From an uncultured Candidatus Rokubacteria bacterium (GTDB taxonomy: Bacteria > Methylomirabilota > Methylomirabilia > Rokubacteriales > DASRDR01): a stretch of DNA of 64,000 bases. Below the pieces are notes generated by a model. That model was given only the letters and a program-made list of their open reading frames with translations, was not told the origin of the DNA and ran no database searches. Positions 31,661 through 40,479 of the stretch are shown here, piece after piece (within the stretch, counting starts at the first letter, position 1; every line of letters begins with the position of its first letter). The stretch covers positions 896,001 to 960,000 of the forward strand of contig CAWGVS010000006.1 in assembly GCA_963826115.1 (NCBI GenBank), in the 5' to 3' direction. A program made the position numbers and the translations under genes.

Positions 31661-32809
31661 TCAGGGGAACTCGGCCCGCAGGGCGGGCATCACCTCGCGC
31701 GCGAACAGCGTCATGTTCTTCGTCGCCAGCTCGTGGGGCATGCTGCCGACCTGGAAGATCCCCTGGACGATGCCGCAGCCCGTCTGCTTCAGGACCTCCC
31801 GCATGCGGTCGCGGACGGTCGCGGGGCTCCCCACGACCGCGTACATGCCGTCCTCGACCTCGCTCCAGGAGGTGAGGGTGGTGACGAACTTGCGCTTGCC
31901 GCCGGTCACCCGCGTCAGCGACTCCACCGACGTGTGGCCGGGCGGGTACATGAACTCCCGCGGCATGCGGAGACTCTTCTTCGCGAGGTACCAGAAGTGC
32001 GGCTCGAACTCGGCCCGCGCCTTCTCGTCCGTCTCGGCGACGTACACGAGGACGGGCCACCCGAGCTGCGAGGACGGCACCTCGTAGCCGAGCTTCGACG
32101 CCGCGTGCTCGCGCAGGAGCGCGTAGTGCTCCTGCATCACCTGGTACGGCGAGAAGGGGAGCGCGATGAAGGGATAGCGGCGCTCGGCGACCCAGCGGAT
32201 CGTCTCGACGCTTCCCGAGCCCGGGACCCAGATGGGCGGGTGAGGCGACTGGAGCGGGCGCGGCCACACGTTCACGAACCGGAAGTCGTAGTGCTTGCCC
32301 TCGAAGTGGAACGGCCCGGGCCGGGTCCACGCCTCGACGATGAGGTCGTGGGCCTCGCGGTAGCGCTCCCGGAAGAAGGTGGGGTTGACCTCGTAGGTGT
32401 AGGCCTCGACGCCGAGCCCCACCACCATGCCGGCGATGATCCGGCCCCCGCTGATCACGTCGAGCATCGCCAGCTCCTCGGCGACCCGGAGCGGGTGGTC
32501 GTAGAGGGGGAGCGCGTTGCCGAGGATCAGGATCTTGACCCGGCGCGTGCGCTGGGCGAGGCACGCCGCGATGATGTTGGGCGACGGCATGAGGCCGTAG
32601 GCGCTCTGGTGGTGCTCGTTCACCCCGACGGCGTCGAAGCCCAGCGTCTCGGCGAGCGCGAGCTGGTCGAGATACTCGCCGTAGAGCGCGTGCCCGCGGG
32701 CGGGATCGTAGACGCTGTTGGGCAGGGTCAGCCACGCGGTCTCGTGACGCTGCTCGAAGTCGGCCGGGAGATGCGGCCACGGCATGAAGTGGAAGCAGAC
32801 GAACAGCAT
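31661..32809 (-). CDS. LLM class flavin-dependent oxidoreductase
   Basis: NEHH, PLRVAEELAMLDVISGGR, WPRPLQSPHPPIW. Confidence 0.9.
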   Translation of the reverse strand: MLFVCFHFMPWPHLPADFEQRHETAWLTLPNSVYDPARGHALYGEYLDQLALAETLGFDAVGVNEHHQSAYGLMPSPNIIAACLAQRTRRVKILILGNALPLYDHPLRVAEELAMLDVISGGRIIAGMVVGLGVEAYTYEVNPTFFRERYREAHDLIVEAWTRPGPFHFEGKHYDFRFVNVWPRPLQSPHPPIWVPGSGSVETIRWVAERRYPFIALPFSPYQVMQEHYALLREHAASKLGYEVPSSQLGWPVLVYVAETDEKARAEFEPHFWYLAKKSLRMPREFMYPPGHTSVESLTRVTGGKRKFVTTLTSWSEVEDGMYAVVGSPATVRDRMREVLKQTGCGIVQGIFQVGSMPHELATKNMTLFAREVMPALRAEFP

Positions 32810-33607
32810 CTAGGCTCCGTCCAGGAAGCCGAGCGCGAGCTCGGCGAAGCGCTCGGGGCGCTCGAACGGCGGGAGATGCCCGCAACGATCGAGGACCTCC
32901 AGCCGCGCGCCCGGGATGCCGCGCGCGTACGCCTCGCCGTAGGCGAGGGGGATGAGCCGGTCCTCGCGGCCCCACACGACGAGCGTCGGCGCGGCGATCC
33001 GCCAGAGCCGGCTCGTGAGCTTCCGGTACTGCTGGGCCGGGTTCCAGAGGAGCCGGGCCGCGGCCTCGCGCCCCCGGAGCACGACCTCGAGCCGCTCCGG
33101 AGGCGGCGCGTCTGGCAGGATGGCCTTCGCGACGGGCGACGCGGGGTCGTGGAACATGAGCTCCCGGACCTTGGGCGGCGTCAGCATGAAGGGGTTGCCC
33201 ATCTCCACGCCGGGGAGACGCACGCCCGCGGCGTCCACCAGGACCAGCCGGCCCACCCGGGCGGGATGGCGGAGCGCGAGCTCGGCCGCCAGCCAGCCGC
33301 CGAGCGAGAGGCCCACCACGTCGACCCGGTCGAGCGCGAGGGCGTCGAGCACGTCGAGCGTGTGGAAGACCAGGTCCTCGATCGACTCGATCGCGTCGAG
33401 CCCCTCGGAGGCGCCGAAGCCCGGGTGGACGGGCAGAAGGACCCGGCGGCGCGCCGCGAGGAGATCGTGCACCGGCATCCACCAGAACGTCCCGGCGCCG
33501 TGGAGATAGAGGAGGGGCCGGCCGGCGCCGCCCTCGAACAGCTGGACGCTCCGTCCGTGGACGGCGAGTGCGCGCTCCCGGCCGGGCGAGGCTACGGCGT
33601 GTTCCAC
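32810..33607 (-). CDS. alpha/beta fold hydrolase
   Basis: LHGAG, PGFGAS, GLSLGG nucleophile elbow, WGRED, CGHLP; start approximate. Confidence 0.88.
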   Translation of the reverse strand: MEHAVASPGRERALAVHGRSVQLFEGGAGRPLLYLHGAGTFWWMPVHDLLAARRRVLLPVHPGFGASEGLDAIESIEDLVFHTLDVLDALALDRVDVVGLSLGGWLAAELALRHPARVGRLVLVDAAGVRLPGVEMGNPFMLTPPKVRELMFHDPASPVAKAILPDAPPPERLEVVLRGREAAARLLWNPAQQYRKLTSRLWRIAAPTLVVWGREDRLIPLAYGEAYARGIPGARLEVLDRCGHLPPFERPERFAELALGFLDGA

Positions 33608-33827
33608 GGCGTCTCGATCGCGCGCGAGGGTCCGAACACGAGCTGGGTGATCGACATTCCCTCTCGTGGCTGAGGTGGCGCCTACCATACCACACCGTCC
33701 GGACGGCCCGGCGCCCGCCGGCGTCGCCGGCGCGGCCGGCGCCGGCTATACTGCGCGCGAGCCGGTCGCCGCGCCCGCGTGGCGCGCGCCGTCCGAGCCC
33801 GGACCCATCGGCGGAGAGGCGGTGTGG

Positions 33828-34862
33828 ATGCTCTTCCTCACGACGCTCGTCGGCAGCTACCCCCAGCCCGACTGGCTGATCGACCGCCAGCGCCTGGCCG
33901 GCCGGTTCCCGCCGCGCGTCAGGGCGCGCGAGCTCTGGCGGGTGGCCGAGCCCTGGCTCCGCGAGGCGCAGGACGACGCGACCCTCCTGGCCATCCGCGC
34001 GCAGGAAGCGGCGGGGCTCGACGTCGTCACCGACGGCGAGATCCGGCGCGAGAGCTACTCGAACCGCTTCGCGACGGCGCTGGACGGGGTCGACGTCGAC
34101 AACCCGGGCACCGCCCTCGATCGCTCCGGCCATCCGAACCCGGTGCCGCGCATCGTCGGGCCGGTCCGGCGCCGGCACCCGGTCGAGGTCGAGGATGTGC
34201 GATTCCTCCGCGCGCACACGGCGAAGCCGATCAAGATGACCGTGCCGGGGCCGTTTACGATGAGCCAGCAGGCGCAGAACGACTACTACCCGAGCGAGGA
34301 GGCGGCGGCGATGGACTACGCCGCCGCGGTCAACGAGGAGATCCGGGACCTCTTCGCCGCCGGCGCCGACGTCGTCCAGGTCGACGAGCCCTACCTGCAG
34401 GCGCGGCCGGAGAAGGCCCGCCAGTACGGGCTCCGCGCGCTCAACCGCGCGCTCGAGGGCGTCGGCGGCCCGACCGCAGTCCACATCTGCTTCGGCTACG
34501 CCGCGATCATCCATCAGCGCCCCTCGGCCTACTCGTTCCTGCCCGAGCTGGCCCGCTGCTCGTGCCAGCAGGTGTCGATCGAGACCGCGCAGTCCGGGCT
34601 CGACTGCGCGGTCCTGGCCGCCCTGCCGGACAAGCAGATCATGCTGGGGTGCCTCGACCTGAGCGATCCCACCGTCGAGACGCCGGAGACCGTCGTCCGC
34701 CGCGTGCGGCGCGCCCTCGACCACGTTCCCGCGGAGCGCCTCATCCTGGCGCCCGACTGCGGGATGAAGTACCTGCCGCGAGACGCCGCGTTCGGCAAGA
34801 TGCAGGCCATGGTGGCCGCGGCCCGGATCCTCCGGGCGGAGCTTTCCCGGGAGGCCCGATGA
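33828..34862 (+). CDS. cobalamin-independent methionine synthase-like protein (MetE C-terminal barrel only)
   Basis: VGSYPQP, TDGEIRRESY, QVDEP, HICFGY, APDCG zinc ligands. Confidence 0.85.
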   Translation: MLFLTTLVGSYPQPDWLIDRQRLAGRFPPRVRARELWRVAEPWLREAQDDATLLAIRAQEAAGLDVVTDGEIRRESYSNRFATALDGVDVDNPGTALDRSGHPNPVPRIVGPVRRRHPVEVEDVRFLRAHTAKPIKMTVPGPFTMSQQAQNDYYPSEEAAAMDYAAAVNEEIRDLFAAGADVVQVDEPYLQARPEKARQYGLRALNRALEGVGGPTAVHICFGYAAIIHQRPSAYSFLPELARCSCQQVSIETAQSGLDCAVLAALPDKQIMLGCLDLSDPTVETPETVVRRVRRALDHVPAERLILAPDCGMKYLPRDAAFGKMQAMVAAARILRAELSREAR

Positions 34863-35872
34863 AGATCGACGTGTTCCCGCACATCTTCCCCAAGCGCTTC
34901 TTCGACCGGATGTGCGAGGTCGTCTCGCCCTCGCACTACATGCAGAAGCGGACGCGGGCGATTCCCGTGCTGACCGACCTCGACCTCCGCTTCCGGATCA
35001 TGGATCGCTACGAGGGCTACGTGCAGGTGCTGACGCTCTGCTCGCCCCCGATCGAGGCGTACGCCGCGCCCGATCTCGCGGCGGACCTCGCGCGTCTCGC
35101 CAACGACGGCATGGCCGAGCTCGTCGAGCGGTACCCGGACCGGTTCCCGGCCTTCGTGGCCTCGCTCCCGATGAACGATCCCGACGCGGCCCTGCGCGAG
35201 ATCGACCGGGCCATCCGGGATCTCGGGGCCACCGGCGTCCAGATCTTCTCGAACGTGAACGGCGCGCCGCTCGACGCGCCGGAGTACCGGCCCATCTTCG
35301 ACCGGATGGCCCAGCACCGGCTCCCGATCTGGATGCACCCGGCCCGCCCGGCCTCGTTTCCCGACTACCGGGGCGAGGCGCGGTCGAAGTTCGACATCTG
35401 GTGGGCCTTCGGCTGGCCCTACGAGACGACCGCCGCCATGGCCCGCCTGGTCTTCGACGGTCTCTTCGAGCGCCACCCGGACCTCCAGATCATCACGCAT
35501 CACATGGGCGCGATGGTGCCGCACTTCGAGGGGCGGGCGGGGTACGGGCTCGACCAGCTGGGCACGCGGACCGACGATCCGGACGACGTGACGGCCGCGC
35601 ACGGGCTCACCGGCCGGCCGGTCGACCACTTCCGGAAGTTCTACGGCGACACCGCGTTGTTCGGGGCGTCCCACGCCATGGAGTGCGGCCTCGCCTTCTT
35701 CGGCGCCGATCGCATCCTGTTCGGCACCGACATGCCCTTCGACCCCGAGCGGGGGCCCGGGTTCATCCGCGAGACCATCGCCGCGATGGAGCGCATGCGG
35801 GCGACCCCCGCGGAGAAGGCGAAGATCTACGAGGGGAACGCCCGCCGGATGCTCCGCCTGCGGCTCCGATGA
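34859..35872 (+). CDS. amidohydrolase_2 family (ACMSD-like decarboxylase/hydratase)
   Basis: IDVFPH, WMHP, FGWPYETT, HHMG, LFGTDMPF. Confidence 0.85.
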   Translation: MKIDVFPHIFPKRFFDRMCEVVSPSHYMQKRTRAIPVLTDLDLRFRIMDRYEGYVQVLTLCSPPIEAYAAPDLAADLARLANDGMAELVERYPDRFPAFVASLPMNDPDAALREIDRAIRDLGATGVQIFSNVNGAPLDAPEYRPIFDRMAQHRLPIWMHPARPASFPDYRGEARSKFDIWWAFGWPYETTAAMARLVFDGLFERHPDLQIITHHMGAMVPHFEGRAGYGLDQLGTRTDDPDDVTAAHGLTGRPVDHFRKFYGDTALFGASHAMECGLAFFGADRILFGTDMPFDPERGPGFIRETIAAMERMRATPAEKAKIYEGNARRMLRLRLR

Positions 35873-35990
35873 CCGCGCGGCCCGGGCGCCGCGCGGGGCT
35901 GGTATGATCGAGGCGGCCGGGGTCGCGCGGTGACCGACGCGCGGCGCCCGACTGCGGACGAGCCCGCGGCACGCTGAAGGAGAACCCGAC

Positions 35991-36902
35991 ATGCCGGTCA
36001 GAGCCCTTCTCCACTACGCCCTCGAGGTGCCGGACCAGACGGTCGGTGAGACGTTCTATCGCACGTTCGGGCTCGTCGACCGCCCGTCGCGGGACGGCGC
36101 GGTGCACCTCCATCCCGGCGGGCCGGGACGCGAATGCACGCTGCTCTACGAGGGTCCGCGGAAGCGACTCCACCATCTGGCCTTCGGCGCGCCCGGCGGG
36201 GAGCTCGAGGCGGTGCGCGAGTCGCTGCGGCGGGCGGGCGTGCGGGAAGTCGATCCGCCGCGGGGCGCGCCCGACGGCGGCTTCTGGGTGCGCGATCCCG
36301 ACGGCCACCACGTGAACGTCCGGCCCGAAGGGGCCCCGGACCCTCCGCCCGATCCACCGCTCGCGACCAACAGTCCCGGCCACATCCAGCGCGAGGTCCG
36401 GCGCGGGAGTCCCGATCGCGCGCTCCACGCGGCGCCCCGGAAGCTCGGCCACGTCCTCCTCTTCACGCCGGACGTCGACCGCCAGGTCGACTTCTACACG
36501 CGGGTCCTCGGCCTCAAGCTGTCGGACCGGGTGAAGAGCATCATCGCCTTCACGCGCTGCAGCACCGACCACCACAACCTGGCGTTCCTCGCGTCCAAGG
36601 GGCCGGGGTTCCACCACGCCTCGTTCCAGGTGGGCTCGGTCGACGAGATCGCGATCGGCGCGGCGAAGATGCGGGACTCGGGCTGGCAGATGGGGTGGGG
36701 GCTCGGCCGCCACGTCATCGGGTCGAACTACTTCTATTACACGCGCGACCCCTGGGGGAGCTTCGCCGAGTACTACCACGACCTCGACTTCATCCCCGAG
36801 AACTGCGCGTGGGTCCCCCGGGACTTCCCGGAGGAGGACTCGCTCTACGTCTGGGGCCCGCCGGTGCCGCCGGAGTTCGTCGAGAACGCCGAGCTGACCT
36901 AG
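35991..36902 (+). CDS. VOC-family extradiol ring-cleavage dioxygenase
   Basis: Two VOC domains; LGHVLL, DHHNL, HHASF, GLGRH, DPWGSFAEY metal/catalytic residues. Confidence 0.85.
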   Translation: MPVRALLHYALEVPDQTVGETFYRTFGLVDRPSRDGAVHLHPGGPGRECTLLYEGPRKRLHHLAFGAPGGELEAVRESLRRAGVREVDPPRGAPDGGFWVRDPDGHHVNVRPEGAPDPPPDPPLATNSPGHIQREVRRGSPDRALHAAPRKLGHVLLFTPDVDRQVDFYTRVLGLKLSDRVKSIIAFTRCSTDHHNLAFLASKGPGFHHASFQVGSVDEIAIGAAKMRDSGWQMGWGLGRHVIGSNYFYYTRDPWGSFAEYYHDLDFIPENCAWVPRDFPEEDSLYVWGPPVPPEFVENAELT

Positions 36903-37024
36903 GTCCGGCCCGCTCCGGCCGAGAGGCCGCGAGCGCGCCCCGCCGGCACGTCCGGGCCCACCGCGCGCCCCCCGCCGCGGGGGCCCGCGTGCACCTCCGC
37001 AAAGCGGGCCGTATACTGCGCGCC

Positions 37025-38263
37025 GTGCCCGAATTCCCCTGGCTGCGCCTGGTCGCGCTGATCGCGTTCGTCGGCAGCTACCTTGGCCTGGCCCTCGGGC
37101 GTCTCCCCGGCTTCCGCGTCGACCGCACCGGCGTGGCCATCATCGGCGCCACCGTCATGGTCGTGTCCGGGGTCCTGCCGTGGGACAAGGCGGTCGCCAG
37201 CGTCGACGTGCACACGCTCGTCCTCCTGTTCGGCATGATGATCGTCGCGGCGTACCTCCGGCTGTCCGGGTTCTTCCATCTGGTGACGCACTGGGCGGTC
37301 CGGCGCGCCCGGGGACCGATCGGGCTCCTGGCGGTGGTCGCGCTCGCATCCGGCGTCCTCTCGGCGCTCTTCGTCAACGACGTGATCTGTCTCGTGCTCG
37401 CGCCGGTCGTGCTGGCCGTCGTCCGCCAGCTCCGCCTGCCGCCGGTGCCGTACCTCCTGGCGCTCGCGACCGCGGCGAACGTCGGGAGCGTCGCCACCCT
37501 GACCGGGAACCCGCAGAACATGCTGATCGGGAGCTTCTCGGGGATCGGCTACCGCGCGTTCCTCGCGCGGCAGGCGCCGGTGGCCGTGGTCGGACTCGCC
37601 TGCGTCGTCCTCGTGCTATGGCTCGTCTACCGGCGGGAGCTGCCGAAGGCGCTGCCGTCGGCGAACCTCGCGGCGAACTTCCCGGTCCACGCGGCGCTCA
37701 TGACGAAGACGATCGTGGCGGTGTGCGTGATGCTCGTCGCGTTCTTCGCCGGGGTGCCGATCGCCCTGGTGGCCGTGGGCGGCGCCGCCGTCTGCCTCCT
37801 CACGAGGCGCGTCAAGCCGGAGAAGGTCTACCGGGAGATCGACTGGCATCTCCTCGTCCTCTTCACCGGGCTCTTCGTCGTGATCGGGGGGGTCGAGGCG
37901 GCGCACCTGACCGACTACCTGTTCAGCGTCGCGAACCGGCTCGCCCTGTACCGGCCGGCCGTGCTGACCCTGGTGACGGCAGTCCTGTCGAACCTCGTCT
38001 CCAACGTCCCGGCGGTGCTTCTGTTCAAGACGATCATCCCGGGCTTCGGCGAGCCGGTGCGCGCCTGGCTCATCCTGGCGATGGCGTCCACGCTCGCCGG
38101 CAACCTCACGATCGTGGGCTCGGTGGCCAACCTGATCGTGGTGGAGGCCGCCCGCGAGGAGCGGGTGGCGATCGGATTCTGGGAATACGCCCGGATCGGC
38201 GTGCCCATCACCCTGGTGACGCTGGTCCTCGGCTGGGCCCTCCTCGTGCTCCTGCCGGCGTAG
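37025..38263 (+). CDS. ArsB/NhaD/CitMHS (YbiR-like) anion permease
   Basis: SALFVND, ANVGSVATLTGNPQN, SNLVSNVPA, STLAGNLTIVGSVANLIV. Confidence 0.88.
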   Translation: MPEFPWLRLVALIAFVGSYLGLALGRLPGFRVDRTGVAIIGATVMVVSGVLPWDKAVASVDVHTLVLLFGMMIVAAYLRLSGFFHLVTHWAVRRARGPIGLLAVVALASGVLSALFVNDVICLVLAPVVLAVVRQLRLPPVPYLLALATAANVGSVATLTGNPQNMLIGSFSGIGYRAFLARQAPVAVVGLACVVLVLWLVYRRELPKALPSANLAANFPVHAALMTKTIVAVCVMLVAFFAGVPIALVAVGGAAVCLLTRRVKPEKVYREIDWHLLVLFTGLFVVIGGVEAAHLTDYLFSVANRLALYRPAVLTLVTAVLSNLVSNVPAVLLFKTIIPGFGEPVRAWLILAMASTLAGNLTIVGSVANLIVVEAAREERVAIGFWEYARIGVPITLVTLVLGWALLVLLPA

Positions 38264-38324
38264 CAGGACGCGACGACTCGACGCGGGCCCGGTCCCCCGG
38301 GCCGCGTGTGCTACCGTGGAAGTC

Positions 38325-38639
38325 GTGGCCGGAGTCCGCTGGCTCTTCGTGTTCCTCCTGTGGGCGGCCCTCGACCTGTCCGGGCCGGTTCTCTTCGTCT
38401 CCGTCGAGGCCTTCGAGGAGTCCGAGGAGGCAGCGCACCGGGCCCAGGCCCGCCGGCGCGAGCGCCAGGCCGCGGTCCAGGCGACGCCGGCCGGGTGGCG
38501 CATCCGCGCCGCGGTGACCCGCCCATCGCCCCTCGCGGCCGCCGCGCCGCGCCACCGGGGGCCCGAGACGGGCAGGGGTGACGTGCTGAAGTTGCCGCCG
38601 TCCGGCCCCGGTTCCGATTCCGCTCCCGACGACCACTAG
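38325..38639 (+). CDS. small membrane-anchored protein, candidate regulatory leader ORF
   Basis: Hydrophobic N-terminus, acidic then basic linker, Pro-rich tail ending APDDH; GTG 7 nt after extended -10 TGTGcTACCGT (alternative start 38316). Confidence 0.55.
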   Translation: MAGVRWLFVFLLWAALDLSGPVLFVSVEAFEESEEAAHRAQARRRERQAAVQATPAGWRIRAAVTRPSPLAAAAPRHRGPETGRGDVLKLPPSGPGSDSAPDDH

Positions 38640-38755
38640 CTCTCCCCGATCCCCGTCGCTCACCTGAAGGCGCCGCTCCGTCCGCGACGGGCCTCTGCCC
38701 CGTCGCGCGCCCGGAGCGTGCCAGCCCGTTCTCGTCACCGATCAAGGGGGAGAGC
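38639..38755 (+). promoter_or_regulatory. structured intergenic RNA sequestering the usp Shine-Dalgarno
   Basis: GCTCTCCCC (38639-47) is the exact complement of GGGGAGAGC (38747-55); inner stems GCTCCG/CGGAGC and CGCGACGGG/CCCGTCGCG. Confidence 0.6.
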
Positions 38756-38756
38756 C

Positions 38757-39341
38757 ATGGACACGCACCGTCAGCTCGATGTCCGTACCGAGGCCGACCA
38801 CCGAGCCCGCCGGGTTCTCGTCGTCGTGCACGGCCGGGAGCCGGCCGGCTGGGCCCTCGACGTCTCGCGCGCCCTCGCGGCCTCGCCCGGCGCCACGGTC
38901 GAGGTCCTCGCCGTGGTCGAGACGCCTTCTCCGCCCTCCGCGTCGCTGCTCCCGGCCGCCCGGCGTGCTCGCGCCCGGGCCCGCGCCGAATGGCGCCGGC
39001 TCGAGGCGGAGAGTGTCGCCCTGGGAGTCGAGGCCCTCCTCGCCTGCCTGGTCGAGCGGCCCGGGGTGACGTGGGTGCACGTCGCCGACGCCGATCCCGG
39101 CCGGGCGATCGTGGACCGAGCGAGGGCGTGGCCCGCGGCGGACCTCATCGTCGTCGGCGTGGACCGGACGAACTGGCTCCGGCGCCGGCTCCTCGGGCCC
39201 ATCCACGAACGGGTCGTCGCCCGCGCCGGCTGCCCCGTGCTGGTCCTGCCGCCTCCCGGGTGGACCGCTCTCGGCGTGAGGGACGACGTGCCGACGGCGG
39301 GATCCGGCGGGCGGCCGGTCGCGGCCGAGGGGGGCGCCTGA
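38757..39341 (+). CDS. universal stress protein (divergent)
   Basis: RVLVVV, ADLIVVG, LLGPIHERVVARAGCPVLVL. Confidence 0.78.
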   Translation: MDTHRQLDVRTEADHRARRVLVVVHGREPAGWALDVSRALAASPGATVEVLAVVETPSPPSASLLPAARRARARARAEWRRLEAESVALGVEALLACLVERPGVTWVHVADADPGRAIVDRARAWPAADLIVVGVDRTNWLRRRLLGPIHERVVARAGCPVLVLPPPGWTALGVRDDVPTAGSGGRPVAAEGGA

Positions 39342-40384
39342 TGGCCACCCTGTTCCCGTTCGGGGAGTACTGGTGGCTCTACGCGGCCTTCACGGGCGGC
39401 GTGCTGCTGCTGCTCCTGCTCGATCTCGGGGTGCTCCACCGGGACGAGCACGAGGTAGGGTTCCGGGAGGCCGCGCTGTGGAGCGCCGCGTGGGTGACGC
39501 TCGCGCTCCTCTTCAACGCCGGCCTGTACGCCTATGCCGTCACCACGTTTCCGGACAACCCCCGGCTCGCCGCGATCCCGGGGTTCGACCCGGAGGCGGC
39601 AGCCTGGCAGGTCGCGCTCGAGTTCCTCAGCGGGTACGTCGTGGAGTACTCGCTGTCCGTCGACAACATCTTCGTGTTCGTCCTGGTCCTCCGGTACTTC
39701 GGCGTTCCCGCGCGGTACCAGCACCGAGTGCTCTTCTACGGCATCCTGGGCGCGCTCGCCTTCCGCGGGATCTTCATCTCCCTGGGCGCCGTCCTCATGC
39801 AGTTCCACTGGGTCGTGTGGGTGTTCGGGGCCTTCCTCGTGATCACGGGCCTCCGGATGCTGCGCGGCGGGGAAGAGACCGTCGACCCGCACCGCAACCC
39901 GCTGATCCGTGTCGTCGCCCGGGTGCTCCCGGTCACCCACGAGCTCCTGGGGCGCCGGTTCTTCGTGCGCAAGGAGGGACGGCTCTGGGCTACACGCCTC
40001 CTGGTCGCACTGCTGTGCCTGGAGACGAGCGACATCGTCTTTGCCATCGACTCCGTGCCCGCGATCTTCGCGCTCACGCGGGAGCCGTTCATCGTCTTCT
40101 CGTCGAACGTGTTCGCGATCCTCGGGCTCCGGTCGATGTACTTCATGCTCGGGGGCGCCGTCGAGCGGTTCCACCTGCTCCGCTACGGCCTGGCGGTGGT
40201 GCTCGTGTTCGTGGGTCTCAAGATGGTCTGGCTCGACGCGTGGTCCGGCGGGAAGTTCCCGATCGGGATGTCGCTCGCCATCATCGGGGTGGCGCTCGGC
40301 ACCTCGGTCGTCGCCTCGCTGGTCTATCCCCGACGGCATGACCCCGCGCTGGCAAGTGCGCGGCCGGAGGAGGGCTCGCGGTGA
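39341..40384 (+). CDS. TerC/Alx family metal (Mn) homeostasis membrane protein
   Basis: EYSLSVDNIFVF, QHRVLFYGILGA, DIVFAIDSVPAI, SNVFAILGLRSMYF. Confidence 0.92.
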   Translation: MATLFPFGEYWWLYAAFTGGVLLLLLLDLGVLHRDEHEVGFREAALWSAAWVTLALLFNAGLYAYAVTTFPDNPRLAAIPGFDPEAAAWQVALEFLSGYVVEYSLSVDNIFVFVLVLRYFGVPARYQHRVLFYGILGALAFRGIFISLGAVLMQFHWVVWVFGAFLVITGLRMLRGGEETVDPHRNPLIRVVARVLPVTHELLGRRFFVRKEGRLWATRLLVALLCLETSDIVFAIDSVPAIFALTREPFIVFSSNVFAILGLRSMYFMLGGAVERFHLLRYGLAVVLVFVGLKMVWLDAWSGGKFPIGMSLAIIGVALGTSVVASLVYPRRHDPALASARPEEGSR

Positions 40385-40479
40385 CCCGCCGGGGGGGCGA
40401 CCCCGTCGTCCGCCCCGGCGCGCGCCTTTGACGGTCCGGGGGGACCGAAGTAGCCTGGCGTCCGGTAGCGACCAGGCGC

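Noticed and set aside
30096-34724. Apparent 1542-aa giant protein
   Set aside because: Only the last ~509 aa (from ATG 31625, with its own RBS) is a real SBP; the rest overlaps other genes in alternative frames.
38640-39340. yybP-ykoY manganese riboswitch expected before terC
   Set aside because: The GGGGAG here serves as the usp SD and I could not find the rest of the consensus; an Infernal search would be needed to exclude it firmly.
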